From assembly GCF_009914755.1 (NCBI RefSeq), contig NC_060941.1: DNA of 64,000 nt; one strand, 5' to 3'. Of the stretch, positions 44,580-58,790 are shown piece after piece. Numbering within the stretch: the first letter of the stretch is position 1; every line of letters begins with the position of its first letter. Source of the stretch: the human T2T-CHM13v2.0 reference genome, Homo sapiens. The translations under genes and the position numbers were made by a program. A model generated the notes under the pieces. That model did not search any database, was not told the origin of the DNA, and was given only the letters and a program-made list of their open reading frames with translations.

Positions 44580-46530
44580 ATAAAAATCCCTCTCTGAAAT
44601 TCATATTTATCTTCAATTGCCACCCCATCTCTCTCATTTTCCCTTTATTCTTATTACAGTATATTATTTCCCTTATTCTTATTACAGTATATTATTATAA
44701 TTATATTTTATACCCATTCTTCAACTGTGATTTTATCCTTAATTCAGTGTAGCCTGATACCTACCCTCATCATTCCGTTAAAAACCATTCTCATTCTACC
44801 ACCTGTGATTTCCATACTATTAATCTCCTTTAACCCCATTAATTTTCAGGACTTGAATTATTTGATCTTTCAGAAGCTCTGACAGTGTTATTAAAACACT
44901 CTTTCCTTTGATTTCCATGATGCTTCATGATTATGATTTTTATTCTGCTTCTCTGGCTGATTATCATTCTTCTTCGCAGACTCATCCTCATCTATGTAGT
45001 AATTAATGGAATTCCTCAAGCTTTACTCCTATGCCCTCTTTCCCCTTACTCAATGATCTCTTTGTAGATGATATTCTCCACCTGCATTAGTCTATTCTTG
45101 CAATGCTATAAAGAAACACCCGAGGCTGGGTAATTTATAAAGAAAAGAGATTTAGCTGACCCACAGTTCTGCAGGCTGTACAGGAAGAAAGGTGCTGACA
45201 TCTGCTTCTGCTGAAGCCTCAGGAAGCTTCCAATCATGGCAGAAGGTGAAGGGGGATCAGGTGACTCACATGGAAAAAGCATGAGTAACAGAGAGAGGGA
45301 GGAGGTGCTAGGCTGTTTAAAAAACCAGCTTTTTCCTGTGAACTCATGGAAGGAAAACTCACTCATTACCACGAAAATAGCACCAAGCCATTCATGAAAG
45401 ATCTGTTCCCATGATCCAAACACCTCCCACCAGGTCCCACTTCCAAAAGTGGGGATTATATTTTCAACATGAGATTTGGAGGGAACCAACATCCAAACCG
45501 TATTACCACCCTAAGATTTTTTTACCGCAATATTTGGGGTAGACATTTCTTCTGAGCTCCCAATAGCCTATTTGGACAAACTTTTTAATGTTTCAGGAGT
45601 CCATCAAGATTAGCGTGCCCCATGCTGAACCAACTGTTTTCTCCATGTATCCCCCTCTTTAAAAAAAAAAAAGTCACAGTGGGTGGTACCTTATTACATC
45701 TAGTTATGCAATTCTCACTCCCAGTTGTCTTTCTCATTTTTCCAGCATTTCTTTTTATTTCTACCACTTCTACTTCCTAATTGCTATGTCTACAATAATT
45801 CTCACATATTCTTTTTGTTCTCCACACTGGAGATTTTTAAAAAATATATATGTTTTATTTCATGTTATTAATAAAATATTTTATCTTAAAAGTAAACCTG
45901 ATCATGTCACCAAAACAGAAACCAAAACAAACAAAACTTCCCTATTCCTTCCACTTTCAGTTAAAAACACTTCTTATAAGTCTTAGGACAAGGACCAAGT
46001 TCCTCACCATGGCCCAAGAGTCTGTGATGTTTTGCCCTCACCTACTTCTGTAATCTAATTGTGTAATATTTCTCTCCTGCTCATCCCCTACTATATGCCT
46101 CCACTTCAGCTGCATTATATTTCAGGTATATTAGTCTTCAACTTCTACAATCCCCCTTATTCCTCCTCCACAGAGCTTTAACCTATGCTGTTTTTCTGAA
46201 TGGAGCACTGATTGCTCCTCTTCTCCTCTCAAGTTACTATTTGCTCTTCGGGTCTCGATTCATCATTATTTTTTTAAGAAATTAATCCCTAATATTGCTT
46301 ACTAGGTTACATTTCTCTACAACTTGATCTCACAGTAGTCTGTCTTTTCCATTTTTAGCACTGATCCAAGTTTAATGTAAAATTAAATTTTTGTCAATAT
46401 CTGTCTTCCTCATTAAACTAGAAGGGTCATGAGGAGAGAGACCATATCTATGTATGCTTATTTTTATTCCCAACACCAAGCAATGGCTGGTACAAGGAGT
46501 CACGAAAAAGATATTTTTAGTGGTTGAAAA
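44580..46530 (+). mobile_element. L2 split by MSTB
   Basis: attcctcaagctttactcctatgccctctt; aaaagtaaacctgatcatgtcacc; L2 3' end near 46480-46530. Confidence 0.7.
45083..45505 (-). mobile_element. MSTB-like solo LTR (MaLR)
   Basis: tgcattagtctattcttgcaatgctataaagaaacacc...aacatccaaaccgtatta. Perfect TSD ccacc at 45078-45082 and 45506-45510. Confidence 0.92.
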
Positions 46531-47045
46531 AGTGTCATTCATACTGACTATTGTTAAGATCATTTAAGACTTGCTGTACTTAGGAAGGTTTTCTGCACTT
46601 AGGAAAGTTTTCTGCTATTTTTTTTTCCATTTTGTAGAAGTCAAAAGTTATTCCAGCCTTGATAGTTTTTCTGAGGCCCCATACAATGCTTATTTGAAAC
46701 TTAACTCTTGATTTTCTCAAGTACTTTTTTATTCTAAGTTACACAAAGCTGTATTAGTCATCTAAATGTTAATATTGACCCTTGAAAATCACTTTGTCTT
46801 CCCCACTACAGAATCTAGCACCCTCTCTTCACCCTCTCAGCCTAAACCCTGCGCAAACTTCCCCTCGATTCTCTTCTCCAGCTGACAGGCTGGTTCTGGG
46901 GGAGACGAAGAACATGGAGACAAGGACTTTTTTCTCCTTTTTCACACTTTGGTCAGTTGACAAGTATTTGAGTCTGTGTCTTCGCTTTTCTATTTATGAG
47001 TGATTCTGGGAGATATTTAATAATTTTTCAACCATTTCCGTCTTT

Positions 47046-47213
47046 TTTTCTCTTGTTTTTTAATTTTTAATTTTTATTTTAAGTTCCGGGGTACATGTGA
47101 AGGATGTGCAGGTTTGTTAACATAGGTAAATGTGTGCCATGGTGGTTTGCTGCACCTACCAACCCATCACCTAGGTTTTAAGCCCAGCATGCATTAGCCA
47201 TTTTTCCTAAGGG
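47046..47213 (-). mobile_element. Short L1PA8/10-like 3' end
   Basis: aagttccggggtacatgtgaaggatgtgcaggtttg. TSD catttccgtcttt / catttcagtcttt at 47033-47045 and 47214-47226. Confidence 0.9.
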
Positions 47214-49709
47214 CATTTCAGTCTTTCCAGGTGATTCTCCTCCTCTCTCCCCTGCCTGGCACACACAGACTCACACATGTCTGAGAGGCAGAGATTCATC
47301 ACAGATTCTTACCTGTGGCAACAGATGCTCACTGCAGAAATCAGCTTCAGATTGATTCACATAAGACAATCATCCTTCCAAAGACAGAGTTCCCACAGTA
47401 AGAGAGGAGAACACGTTCAAATTAGAGTTGAATAAATAAAAATGAAGAGTGCAACAGAGAGAGGACCACACATGTAAGAACCACTCATTGAGTGTCAGAG
47501 TGTCATTGTGGCAAATAACATAAAGATTACCTAGTTCAGCTGCCTTCTTTTATAGATTAGGAAACGGAGGCCAAAAGAGTTTGGAAAATTTGCCCCTGTA
47601 GCAAAAATAGCTATTTCAGGAGCAAGAATCTTCTGTTTTCCAGGCTTATTCAGAGACAAGTCACTGCATGCCTATAGGTGTCTATGACATTGCCAGCCTC
47701 TCTGGATAGTGTCTTGTCTATCCCATTGAAAACTTCACTGTCTCTCATCTTTGAACTAAAGTTATTTTAAAAAGTCTGAAAGGCAAACAAATCTAAATGG
47801 TAACTTTCCTTTACATATTTCCTAGAAGATCTTAGAAGTTATTTTTGGTCCTATCCTTGGTCCCCACACAAAAAAAGGATCATCGTATGTATTTCTACTG
47901 GGTGAATATTTCTACTAATCCTTGAACCAGTTTTCACCTGACATTGGGCATTTAGTTCTAAGAAGTGGGGCAAGGCAGTATAGAACTAGCTATAATTAAA
48001 AAGGCGGGAAAAAGATGTTTTAAGTGGCTATAGGAGAGTAAAGAAGACATGTCTCTGGCTACCTGACATTGGTTATTTGTTGTTATAGGTAGGAAATGAC
48101 CAAAATCTAGAAGACAGGCTGTTGGTCTGTAATGATTGAAGTTCAGTTCCTAACTCTATGAGATTAGATGCTATTTTTCTCACCTTCATCCTGAGATCTA
48201 TTTTTTCTTTAACATTAAAAATCACTAAGGAAAATTTCTGAGTACATTTCAGGGGATGCTATTTTTCAACAAGTATTCTTAAAGGCATGTAATACATGAG
48301 GTGCCTTTATAGATGCCTGATATCTCCCTTCCCTTCTCCCTCTAAAACAGTAACCAAGATAGATAGAGGCTTATTTCACATTTCACTCATATTTGAGCAC
48401 ATGGAAGCAGCTTTCAGCCTCTCTGGCCTGAAGGGATTATCCTGGCTTCTGCATCCTCCATCTAAGATGTACAGTAAGAACTAAATAAATGGCAGAATTA
48501 TTTTGAATATTACACTGAATTCCCAACTTAATGAATTACTTCCTGAAAACTAGATTCGTACCTGTATAAAATACTGCCATGCATCTCTATCCTCCATTTT
48601 TCTTGGTGTATTCGGTTGGTGCAAAATACCCATATCTATGTTCCTGCCTGCTGTGACCTCAGTATCCCCCAATAACCTATCCAGAGCCATCCATGGGCTA
48701 AGCTGCCTCTTGTTGCCCATCTCTAGGGTCTCCAAATAGAAAGTTATTTTTCTTAGACGAGATATCCTCCCCTTACCAATAGTAAACTTTTCTCTTTTTC
48801 GTTTTTGATACCTGGTCTATTCTATGGACACGTCAAATTAATAATCTCATGTTCTTTCCAGTGTAGAAGGCCTTCCATGGCAAGTCATATCATGAGCTAA
48901 GCCACTTGTGGATTGCCTAGGCAAGCAAATCTCTTTTATCCTGATTCATTGGTTTTCACTCTTCATGTTCAATCAAGGGTCTGCCTGCCTTGCTACTGAT
49001 TCTATCTCCAATCCTGGCTCTTCCCAGGGCAAACTGTGGCCTAGCTCCTGTGACTGCTTAGGATATTAGGGAAAACCTATAACTACAGAGATAAGCTAAT
49101 TGACAATTTATGATTTTCAAAGTAAACCATATTATTAAATTTTGGCCCAATTCCTTCATTGACACTAAGTGCTTGGTCATTCAAAATATTTTTTCATTTG
49201 TTTTAAGGCATCAATAATGATACTAATCAAAGCCTTCCAAACTAATTAGATCAAGTGACATCTATCTGGATAAAACAAATTACAATTATGAGGTTTATGC
49301 TGATCAATACTAAAACCAAAAGAAGATATTATTAGTGGAAAGATTGTTTCACTGGCAGTATGTATGAGACATTGAGGAGGTCAGATCACTTGCCTTGGGC
49401 AATCAGAATAATTTAGAATCAGAGAGCTGGAATAAACCTTGAGCATATTATAATGAGACATCCTCACATCTAGAGCATCCTTGATGGTGGCCTGAGAATG
49501 CAAAGCCAGCAATGACAAATGACAGGTGGCCATTCTCTCTGGTACATGTGTCTCAAAATTGTCAAAACTACAAGAATGACAAGAAGGAAAGGAAGTTTTA
49601 CAAAGTAATTCTGTTGACTTTTGAGAGCAACTTAAATTCAGATTTTCAGATAAGAAAGCTAATTTCCATAGCAGTTATTATATAGAGTTTGCCAAAAGAA
49701 TTATTTAGG

Positions 49710-49925
49710 ATAATTATTGCTATACATACCTGCTGTATGCCAGACACTGTATTTTTATAACCCTCACAGAACACTATGAAGTAGGTATTAACGGATCCAT
49801 TTTATAAATGAAAAATCAGATAGGCCAGTAAGGTGAACTTTGTCTAGAATTATTCAGCTAATAAGTAGAAAAAAAATGGATTTGGACCCAGAAATGCCTG
49901 ACACCAGTTCTATGGTCTTTTCAAA
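49710..49925 (-). mobile_element. MIR
   Basis: tgtatgccagacactgt...cctcacagaacactatgaagtaggtatta...ccattttataaatgaaaaa. Confidence 0.75.
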
Positions 49926-50477
49926 GCACTTTGCTTTTCTTCATTTCATTCAGAAAGCCATGCTTTTTATAAGTTGCTTCTGATTTCAACTTAGGTGATA
50001 ACTTTTATCATCCAGGCATTATATGATATATTATACAAAACATTTTGTTTCAAAATAGATGGCTATTTATGTGGTGATCTGGGGAAACATTATTTCACCT
50101 GAATTAGGCCACAAGCATATCACTGTCACTAATGTAATGATGAGAATACACAACCGATGCAAATTTGAAGACAAGGAAGCCAGGAAGGGTGTATCAATTT
50201 GAAAGATGTGTTATTTTGTATTGGATGTTAGAGAAAAGAAGAAAAGGGACAAATAGGTGGCAAAGACTGCTTATAAGCTGCTATGAGATTTTTGCTGTAT
50301 TTGAAGGGAGTGCAGGAAGAGCTTTTTGGCTGAACAACTGTCCATGTGGGTAGAGTCAGGAGTGGTTAGTTTTGAAGCATCTTAGTTCTAAGGCACCTAC
50401 ACATAAATCTGTCTCGTTCTTCTTACCAGTGACTGAATTCACTTCTGTTTTATTTCAGCCAAAGAAAATTTTAAATC

Positions 50478-51325
50478 TATAGTGGATTGAGTAGTGGCTC
50501 AATAGAGTTCTGTCCAAATCCTTATCCTCAGTACTGTGAATGTGAGCTTATTTAGAAATGGGGTGATATGGTTTGGCTGTGTTCCCACCCCAAATTTCAT
50601 CTTGATTTGTAATCCCCATAATCTCCATGATCCCCACGTGTAAAGGGAGAGACGAGGTAGAGGTAACTGAATCATGGGTGCTGTTTCCCCCACGTTGTTC
50701 TTGTGATAGTGAGTTCTCATGAGATCTGATGGTTTCATAAGTGTTTGGTACTTCCTCCTGCATTCATTTATCACCCCCTGCTGCCTTGTGAAGAAGGTGT
50801 CTTGCTTCGCCTTCACCTTCCACCATGGTTGTAAGTTTCCTGAGGCCTCTTCACCCATGCAGAACTGTGAATCAATTAAACTTCTTTCCTTTCTAAATTA
50901 CCCAGTCTCGGGCAGTTCGTTATAGCAGTGTAAGAACAGACTAGTACATGGTGTCTTTGCAGATGTAATTATGTTAAAAATCTAGAGATGAGATAATCCT
51001 AGAATTAGTGGATGGGCCCTAAATCCAATGAAATGTGTCCTTATAAAAGACAGAAGCAGAAAAGACAGAGGAGAAGAAAGACAAAGGAAGAAGCTTGTAA
51101 AGACAGAGGTAGAAATGAATTGTACTGCCAGAGGCCATGGAACAGCTACAGTGACCAGAAGCTGGAAGGGGCAAGTGAGAATTCTCCCCTGGTGCACACA
51201 GAGGAGTCCCACCAGCATCTTGACTTCAGACTTCTAACCTCCACAATTGTGAGAAAATACATTTGTGTTGTTTTAAGTCACCCAGTTGGTGGTAATTTGT
51301 ATAGAAGCCTTAGGGAACGAATACA
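50478..51325 (+). mobile_element. MLT1C-like LTR interrupted by THE1D
   Basis: ctgtgaatgtgagcttatttagaaat...gtctttgcagatgtaatt...gggccctaaatccaatga...gaataca. TSD aaatc/aagtc. Confidence 0.88.
50564..50948 (+). mobile_element. THE1D-like solo LTR
   Basis: tgatatggtttggctgtgttcccacc...gaacagactagtaca. TSD tgggg/tggtg. Confidence 0.92.
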
Positions 51326-52334
51326 AAGTCCAAATAAAAATCTGTCTCCCTCAAATCTTTCTATTCTTTGCTCTGGCCAAGAGGGAGTAGATCCTTCACC
51401 CTTCTCGTAAACTATATGCAACGTCATTATGCACGAACTGAAATGTATTCACACTTTACCATGTCAGCTTGAAGTTCTCAATCCCTACAATAAATCTGAC
51501 CATTAAGGGTTTGAACACATAGTTGAGAAAAGCCAGAAAGAGCCCTGGGATCACTTTTCCGAATGCTTTCTTTCTTATCCATCAAAGTCCACTGCAAAAT
51601 GCTGTGTCTATAAAACCCATGCCAATATTTCTAGGAATGAGAATAGCAAGAGAATGGACTACTCGCTTGGATTTAACAGTTGGGTGGATCTGTAATCATT
51701 TGGGAGTAACAATATTCTCAATATGTTCCCCTCTCTCTTTAAGTTTTATTTTAGATAATATAGTCAGAGTTGTTAGTTGATCAGATATGGTACGATTTTG
51801 TATATTGTGGCATGAAAGATAAACTGAACTTTTTCTACTGCAATCGCCAATCCCATTTTTTAGTAAGCATTTCAGCTACCCAGGAAAAGTGTTTTCCTGC
51901 TGATAAATTTAAGCATGGAACCATAAAACACTGGCTGTTCCTTCCCTCCACATGCCTTCTTCACTTGCATTCCTAAACAAGCTGCACTCCAAATCCCATG
52001 TCTGCTTAAGCACCCACAACTCTTAATGGTGACTTTTTAATAACTGGAGGTTTTGGATAAGGGGAGTTTTGGCAGAGTATTCAGAAGTTTGGGTTTAACC
52101 TAATCTTGAGAAAATGTCAGGTTCTGGAATGGATACAACTATCCAGAAGCTCAAACACTTAAATGCATAAAATTAGGGAAATTTTTTCCTTTGTTTTTTC
52201 TCAATGTCTTATACAATAGTACACTTTAAGCTTTTTCATTGAAGTATTTCTATGCTGCCATTCTCAGATTCAGGTTCAACTAATATCTATTAAATATCTA
52301 TAACCTCCCAGAGAAGGTTGGATGATTTACATAC

Positions 52335-52505
52335 TTTATCTCATTAAATCCTGGAAAATAACAACGTAAAGGCAGGAATTATTATCCCTTTTTATCTTTA
52401 CAGCAGATAAAGAAGCTAAGGGACAGAAAAATTTAATTACTCATCCCAAATTTACCCTGAATAAATCTCAGAGCTATGACTCCAACTCTGGTCTTTAGAT
52501 CTAAA
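52335..52505 (-). mobile_element. MIR
   Basis: ggcaggaattattatccc...cagataaagaagctaagggacaga. Confidence 0.7.
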
Positions 52506-52849
52506 TTTATTATTTATTTCCCATTTCTTTTTGTTTAAAAAGTTGAATTGGTCAAGCATTTCTTAATATGCCATGTATATAAATTCAGGTATTCTGAATG
52601 GGCATTATTTCACAGTAGCACTTACCATGGCAGTAACTGCAGAAAATGAGTTCTTCAGAGTAAGTTATAGTTGAAGATCATTATGTACAGGGAAATTTAA
52701 TTTTATAAAAAACCAAATTGGCCTTCAAACTGCAAGCATTTAAATTTTAATGTGCTAATTTTAATTAAGTTTAATTAATGCTGCTGAGCTTGGTAAATTT
52801 AAAGAACTTCAAATGATACCCCCAGAAGCTCTGAAACATCTTTCTTATT

Positions 52850-54680
52850 TGTCAAAACCTGCCTTCTGGCAGAATCCCAACTCATGCCTTCACAGAAATT
52901 GCTTACTCTTTGCTCTTTCTGAATCCATTCTATCATTTATCCATTTGTTATGAAATCTGATTTGTAACTGAATCTTTGTCCAATACTTTATCAGAGAGAG
53001 CTATGAACTCTGGGATTATTCATGATCTTAAATAGTGCAACTGAGTTCTGCTGCCCTCCATTTATAGCTGGGCTGTGTCTTCTAGGTTTGCTCCAATTCA
53101 TGGTGCGTCTTGTTACATATATCACAACTGGTTCTTCAGGGATGAAGGTTCTACCCCTATTTCCACCTTGCAAATTAATGTTGAGGGAAAGACCTGAGAG
53201 CCTAGCATCTCATCCTCCAGAGTTTCCAGATTCTGTGTCTGGATTCTTGAAAGATACAGCGTAGATGTCCTTTAAAACCCCAAGTGGAGGTAGAGCATGG
53301 AGCTGATCATTCAGATTTGAAGGTAGCAGAAACATTCTGGAAGCTGTTAGAGTGAAGAGCTTTAGAGTTTTTTAGATTGAAGACTCTAGAGAACTCTGAC
53401 ATTTAAACTCCTAATGTCAGTTCATGTAACAGTTAGGAAATTTTTCTTAAAACTGCCTCAGGCTCTTCAGCCAAGTTCCTTACTATTTTCAGGTCTCCAC
53501 ATGACTCTGTCACTCTCTGCCATTCTATTTCACCTTTTCTCCAGAGGTCACATAACTCTACCTTCCTGACTGTTATCCAAGATGAGTAATACTTGTCCTT
53601 ACATAAATTCAGTCTCACCACCTGTGCACCAGCACCTAGCCCACCACATCTCAAAAACTTGACTTTAGGAACTCTTCATTTATCTCACATTATCTCTCTC
53701 TGCTACAAAAAGACATTTCTCTTATAAACATGCTGCTGACTCTCCCACCTTAAAACAAATCTCCAAATAAAACTAAAACAAAATTTCTCTTGATTTCATT
53801 TCCCTGCCAGCTACCACCTCATTTCTTTGCTCCTATGTATAGAAAAAAATGTTTAAATTGTTGTTCCTATTCACTATCTCTAATTCTTCAGCTCCTATTT
53901 TATTTTAAAGGCTCCTAGTGGGCTTTTATTTATAGTACCAGTTTGCAGCGACTTTCCTAAGACATTATTTTCTAACTACTGATTAGCTCTTGTACTTATC
54001 TTGCATATCCCAAGAGCAGAAGTTATCATGGTGGACCACTTCTTTTACATCAGCTTCCAGGTGCCATACTCTCCCAGATCTCATCCTACATCAATCATAA
54101 TTGCTTTGTCTTAGTCTCACTTGCTAGTTTTCCCTCTTTATCCCATGACTTCCAAATTTATATCCAGGGGAGACCTCTCTCTTAAAACTCAAGGCCCATA
54201 TAGTCTACTGCCTTCTTAAATATAGTATTTAACATGTCAAAACTAAACTCTGGAAAACATGCTCTCTCATATGCAAACCTGTGCCACCTGCAGTCTTTCC
54301 CTTCTCAGTTGGTGGCAAGGGCATCTTTCAATTGCCCAGTTCAAAAAACGGTAAGTTGACTCCTCTGTTTATCACATAGGTGATATCCAATCCACTGGGA
54401 AATCCTGTTGGTTCTAGCTTCAGAATATATTCAAAAGCTGTACACTTCTTACACCATTCACTACAACACCCCTGTTGCAAGTCACCATCATCTTAAGGCT
54501 GTACTATTCCATTAGCTACCTAACTGGTCTCCTCCCATCAGCCCTTGCTGCCCCTCAGCCTGTCCTCAACAGAACAGCCAGTGTATCCTCCTAAAACACA
54601 CGTCAAATCATGTCATTCTTTTATCCCAAAGCCTTCAATGACAGCCCATTTAATTCTGGGTAAAAGCCAAGGTCTTGGCA
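52850..54680 (+). mobile_element. Long L2 fragment
   Basis: atgacttccaaatttatatccag; atccaatccactgggaaatcctgttggttctagcttcagaatatattc; ctcaacagaacagccag. The L2 match is clearest from ~53600. Confidence 0.7.
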
Positions 54681-54973
54681 TTTTATAGTAGATGTAATGG
54701 TTATGTCACAGTAACTGCTATTCATGACACAAATTAATCATTTACTTATTATAAAAACTAAAAGAAATTGTGTCCCTTAAGAAATTCTCTAAATTTTTGT
54801 AGTGAAAAAGAAAGTTTGGTAGAATGATATGTGAAAGGTAAAAAAAAAAAAATCAGACATTTTTAATATAGTCAACTCAAGAAGCAAATATTGAACATCT
54901 GAGATAATTAAAACAGCACATTAGATAAGCTAGAGATTAAAATACATAGACTAGAATTTTAGGGACTCATATG

Positions 54974-55396
54974 CAGTTGAACCTTCAACAACACGGTATT
55001 GGGGCATTGGCCCCCCTCATGGTAAAAAATCTGCATATAACTTTTGACTCCCCCACAACTTAAATACTAATAGTTTACTGTTGACCTTATGAATAACATA
55101 AGTAGTCAATTAACATATATTTTGTATATATATTATATACTATATTATAATAAAGTAAGCTAGGGAAAATAAAATACTATTTAAAAAATGAGGTAGAGAA
55201 AATATATTTACTATTCATTAAATAGAAGTGGATCATCATGAAGATCTTCAACCTTTTCATCATCAGATTGACAAGGCTGAGGAGGAAGAGAAAGAGGAGA
55301 AGTTGGTCTTGCCAATTCAGGGGTGGTAGAGGCAAAGAAGATCTGCATATAAGTAGACATGCACAGTTCAAACCTGTGTTGTTCAAGGGTCAGCTA
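54974..55396 (-). mobile_element. Tigger2a-like TcMar DNA transposon, non-autonomous, with both TIRs
   Basis: TIRs cagttgaaccttcaacaacac and gtgttgttcaagggtcagcta, followed by TA; ~420 bp. Confidence 0.9.
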
Positions 55397-55784
55397 TAGA
55401 TACATATTCATACAGACTCATGACATATGAGTGATTCTTACAAGTCAAATTGTGATCATGCTTTAGTAAAGGTACAAAGTCTAAGAGATCATAGAGTAGG
55501 ATCTGAGAATGAATTGATATTTAGAGTTTTGTTCTTTGGATGAGATTTGGAAAGACCTTGTGGTGAAGGATGGGTGTTAATGCTGAAGAAAGACATTGCA
55601 TAGAGAAGGAAAACATAGGAGGAAATAAAAGGGGAAAATGTTCCAAACATACTATGTAAATAGTCAGGACATTGAGGGTTAAAATGCTTAGTTGGAAGTG
55701 AAGGATAGGGAAGTTGTATGTAGCACACAGGCAGAGACAAGTGGCAAAAGATTTGAAAGAGCTGATGACTGTGGATGCAGTATG

Positions 55785-56079
<295 letters not shown>

Positions 56080-58739
56080 TGATGCAGTATCTTGCATGTC
56101 AAGCCAATAAATGTATAAGCTTTTCTTTATTCCAAGAGAAGCCATTAAAAATGTTGAAGAGAGTGCTTTACTTGATTCACAGTTTTAGTTCAATTAACCC
56201 AATTATAATTTATTAAATAGCCAATCTGTCCTCATTATTATCCTAGATAGTTTGATATTCATAAAAATCACTCAGGCTATTGGACAAAAATACAAATTTC
56301 AGACTTACATCCAAATAAGAGCTGGTAGATCTGGCATGGGTCCCAGATATCCATATTTAGCACAAGCCCGTGAATGACTCCGGGCAATTGGTGTGAAGAC
56401 TCAATTTGGTAAAATACTAATGTACAACATAAAAAGTGGTAGAAACCTTGTTAGCTGTGCTATCCAACATCCTGTATTTTAACTTGGGAATCAAGATTTC
56501 TATTCCAAGTCTGCAAAGATAAAAAAACCTTGAAGGTATGTGATACAGACATAAAATGCTCTCTTGACACATGTGATTTCTAATTCTTATGAAGTCAAAT
56601 GTATCAATTTATTTTTCTAAGCATATATTTATATATATATTTACTTAGATGTATATTTTCTAAGTAATATATATATTTACTTGTATATATATTTTCTAAG
56701 TATATATTTATATATTTATACTTAGAAAAATCTCCATGACATTTATCTTTACAAGAAGTATTGTAATTTATGAATAGTTTCACATTAAAGTTTTCTAGGT
56801 TTTGTTTTTCTGAAAAGTGGAAAATAATGCGCTAATTTAATTTTTGAAACCCACTAATTTCCCCAATTATTTGTTAAATATACCACCCTTTCTAAGTTTA
56901 TTTGTGATTTTTCTTTTTAATCATATGCCATATAGGAAATTAGGTTGAAATAAGGTGAAAACCAAAAATTATATTAATATATAATTTGCTCTTCTTTCAA
57001 TTTTAAAACCTCAAAAAATTAAAGAATAGTAAAGTGAACATCAATATGGTCCTCTCTTAGGTTCAATAACTCTTTTCTCGGCTTGATCCTAGTCCCCATT
57101 TTATCTCAAGGAGAAGAGAAAGACTCTGTATCCCAAGGAGAGAGTAGAATCACAAAACTGTATTTTTCCAGATCTTTTTTCAACAACGAAAGATGCATTA
57201 CAAACTAGCTGTGTACCTTGAGCAATTCATATGGACTGGTGTCATGAGAATAGCACTGAAATCTGACTTGGAGCCTTATAATGTAGATCAGACTTTGTCC
57301 CTTACTCTTACTATGACCAATAATAAAGTCATTGATCATAGACTTCTGTTTTTCATTATGTCAAATGGGGAGCAAATAATAGGTTAAAATGGGAAAATGT
57401 ATTAGCACAGAGAGAACAACTCAATTAGGTAAACATCTTTTGAATATTATGTATGCTGACTAGATGAGCGAAAGGGATAGAGAAGGATCAGGTGGTGTGG
57501 AGATAAATAAGATATACAGTGAGTGCTTAGGAGATATTAAGATAATAGAAAGGATGATTTTATATTTTAAACTCCAAGATGGTGAACAAAAACAAAATGT
57601 GGTGAATTTCAGAGTGATCCAAACATGGAAATGGGCCTAGGTATGTGATTAATGACAAAGAACAGGTAGGCAAATTACTAGTTATTAAAAGTCATATTTT
57701 ACTCATGATCTATGTTGGAATGCAAAGTATTACACGATTTTCAGCAGTAATTTGTTATATTGATAATGCATGCCATGGAAGAAGCTGGGTAGCACTTGGT
57801 AATACAAAGTTTTCAAAATACAAAGTGGTAAGTAGTAGATTCAGTTAATTAGTAATGGATAATCCATGTACAATTCCTGCCTTCCAGAAGGCAACAGTTG
57901 GAGATAACAATGACAATACTAAAGGTATTAAAAAGAATATAGAGAGATGGCCACACCTAAAAGATGGACAGAGAGAATATCCATGTGGTGATTAAGTCGT
58001 GCATGGTGAAGTAGGAATGTATGATGGGGGAGAAAGCCCTGATTGGCTTTCTATAGTCATCGACACTGGCAAAAAAATACCCATTAGCTGAATTTCTGTT
58101 ATCTGGTCCACTCCTCTCCTGTTATGTGTGACTATTTATGGGACAGCAAATACTCAAAAAAGTTTCATGGTTAATGAGTGGGTTAATGAACCCACAGAAA
58201 GCACTTTAATTAATTCCCCTTGTGGCAAGAACCAGGAGACAGGACTGAACCTGAGCACTTGCACTGGAGATGTGCAAAATCCTAGCACTAGTACATAGAT
58301 GACATCTGAGAAGAAGAACTACAGTCTGCATTCTACCTGAGAATATTCTTAGGATAATTGACAATTAAATATTTTTCAAAATGTGGATTCATATGAGTAA
58401 AATTGAATTCTCTTTTTTCCCTCCACAAATTGACATCTCTTTGAAATCAACAGCCTCATCAATTTCCCAATCACCTACACTTGAAGAACTGCATGTCATT
58501 TTTTATGTTCATTCTTTCACAAGTCAGTAATTTAAAAAATTTAACAATTACTTATTGAGAACTGAGTGTTGTGCATCACACTATATAATGTACTTAATTA
58601 CCTAATTTTATTCTGTCAAAACCTTTCTGAGGTAAGTATTATTAGCTGATTATACAGATGAGGAAAGCAAAACTGATAAAGTAATTTGATTACAGTTTTC
58701 CTGCTGTATCAACCAAAATTTAACATAAATGAATGCCTA

Positions 58740-58790
58740 TTACACACACACGTGTGCGTGCACACACACACACATGCATGCATGCACATA
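58740..58790. repeat. Mixed purine-pyrimidine alternating repeat (CA/TG/TGCA)
   Basis: tacacacacacgtgtgcgtgcacacacacacacatgcatgcatgcacata. Confidence 0.9.
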
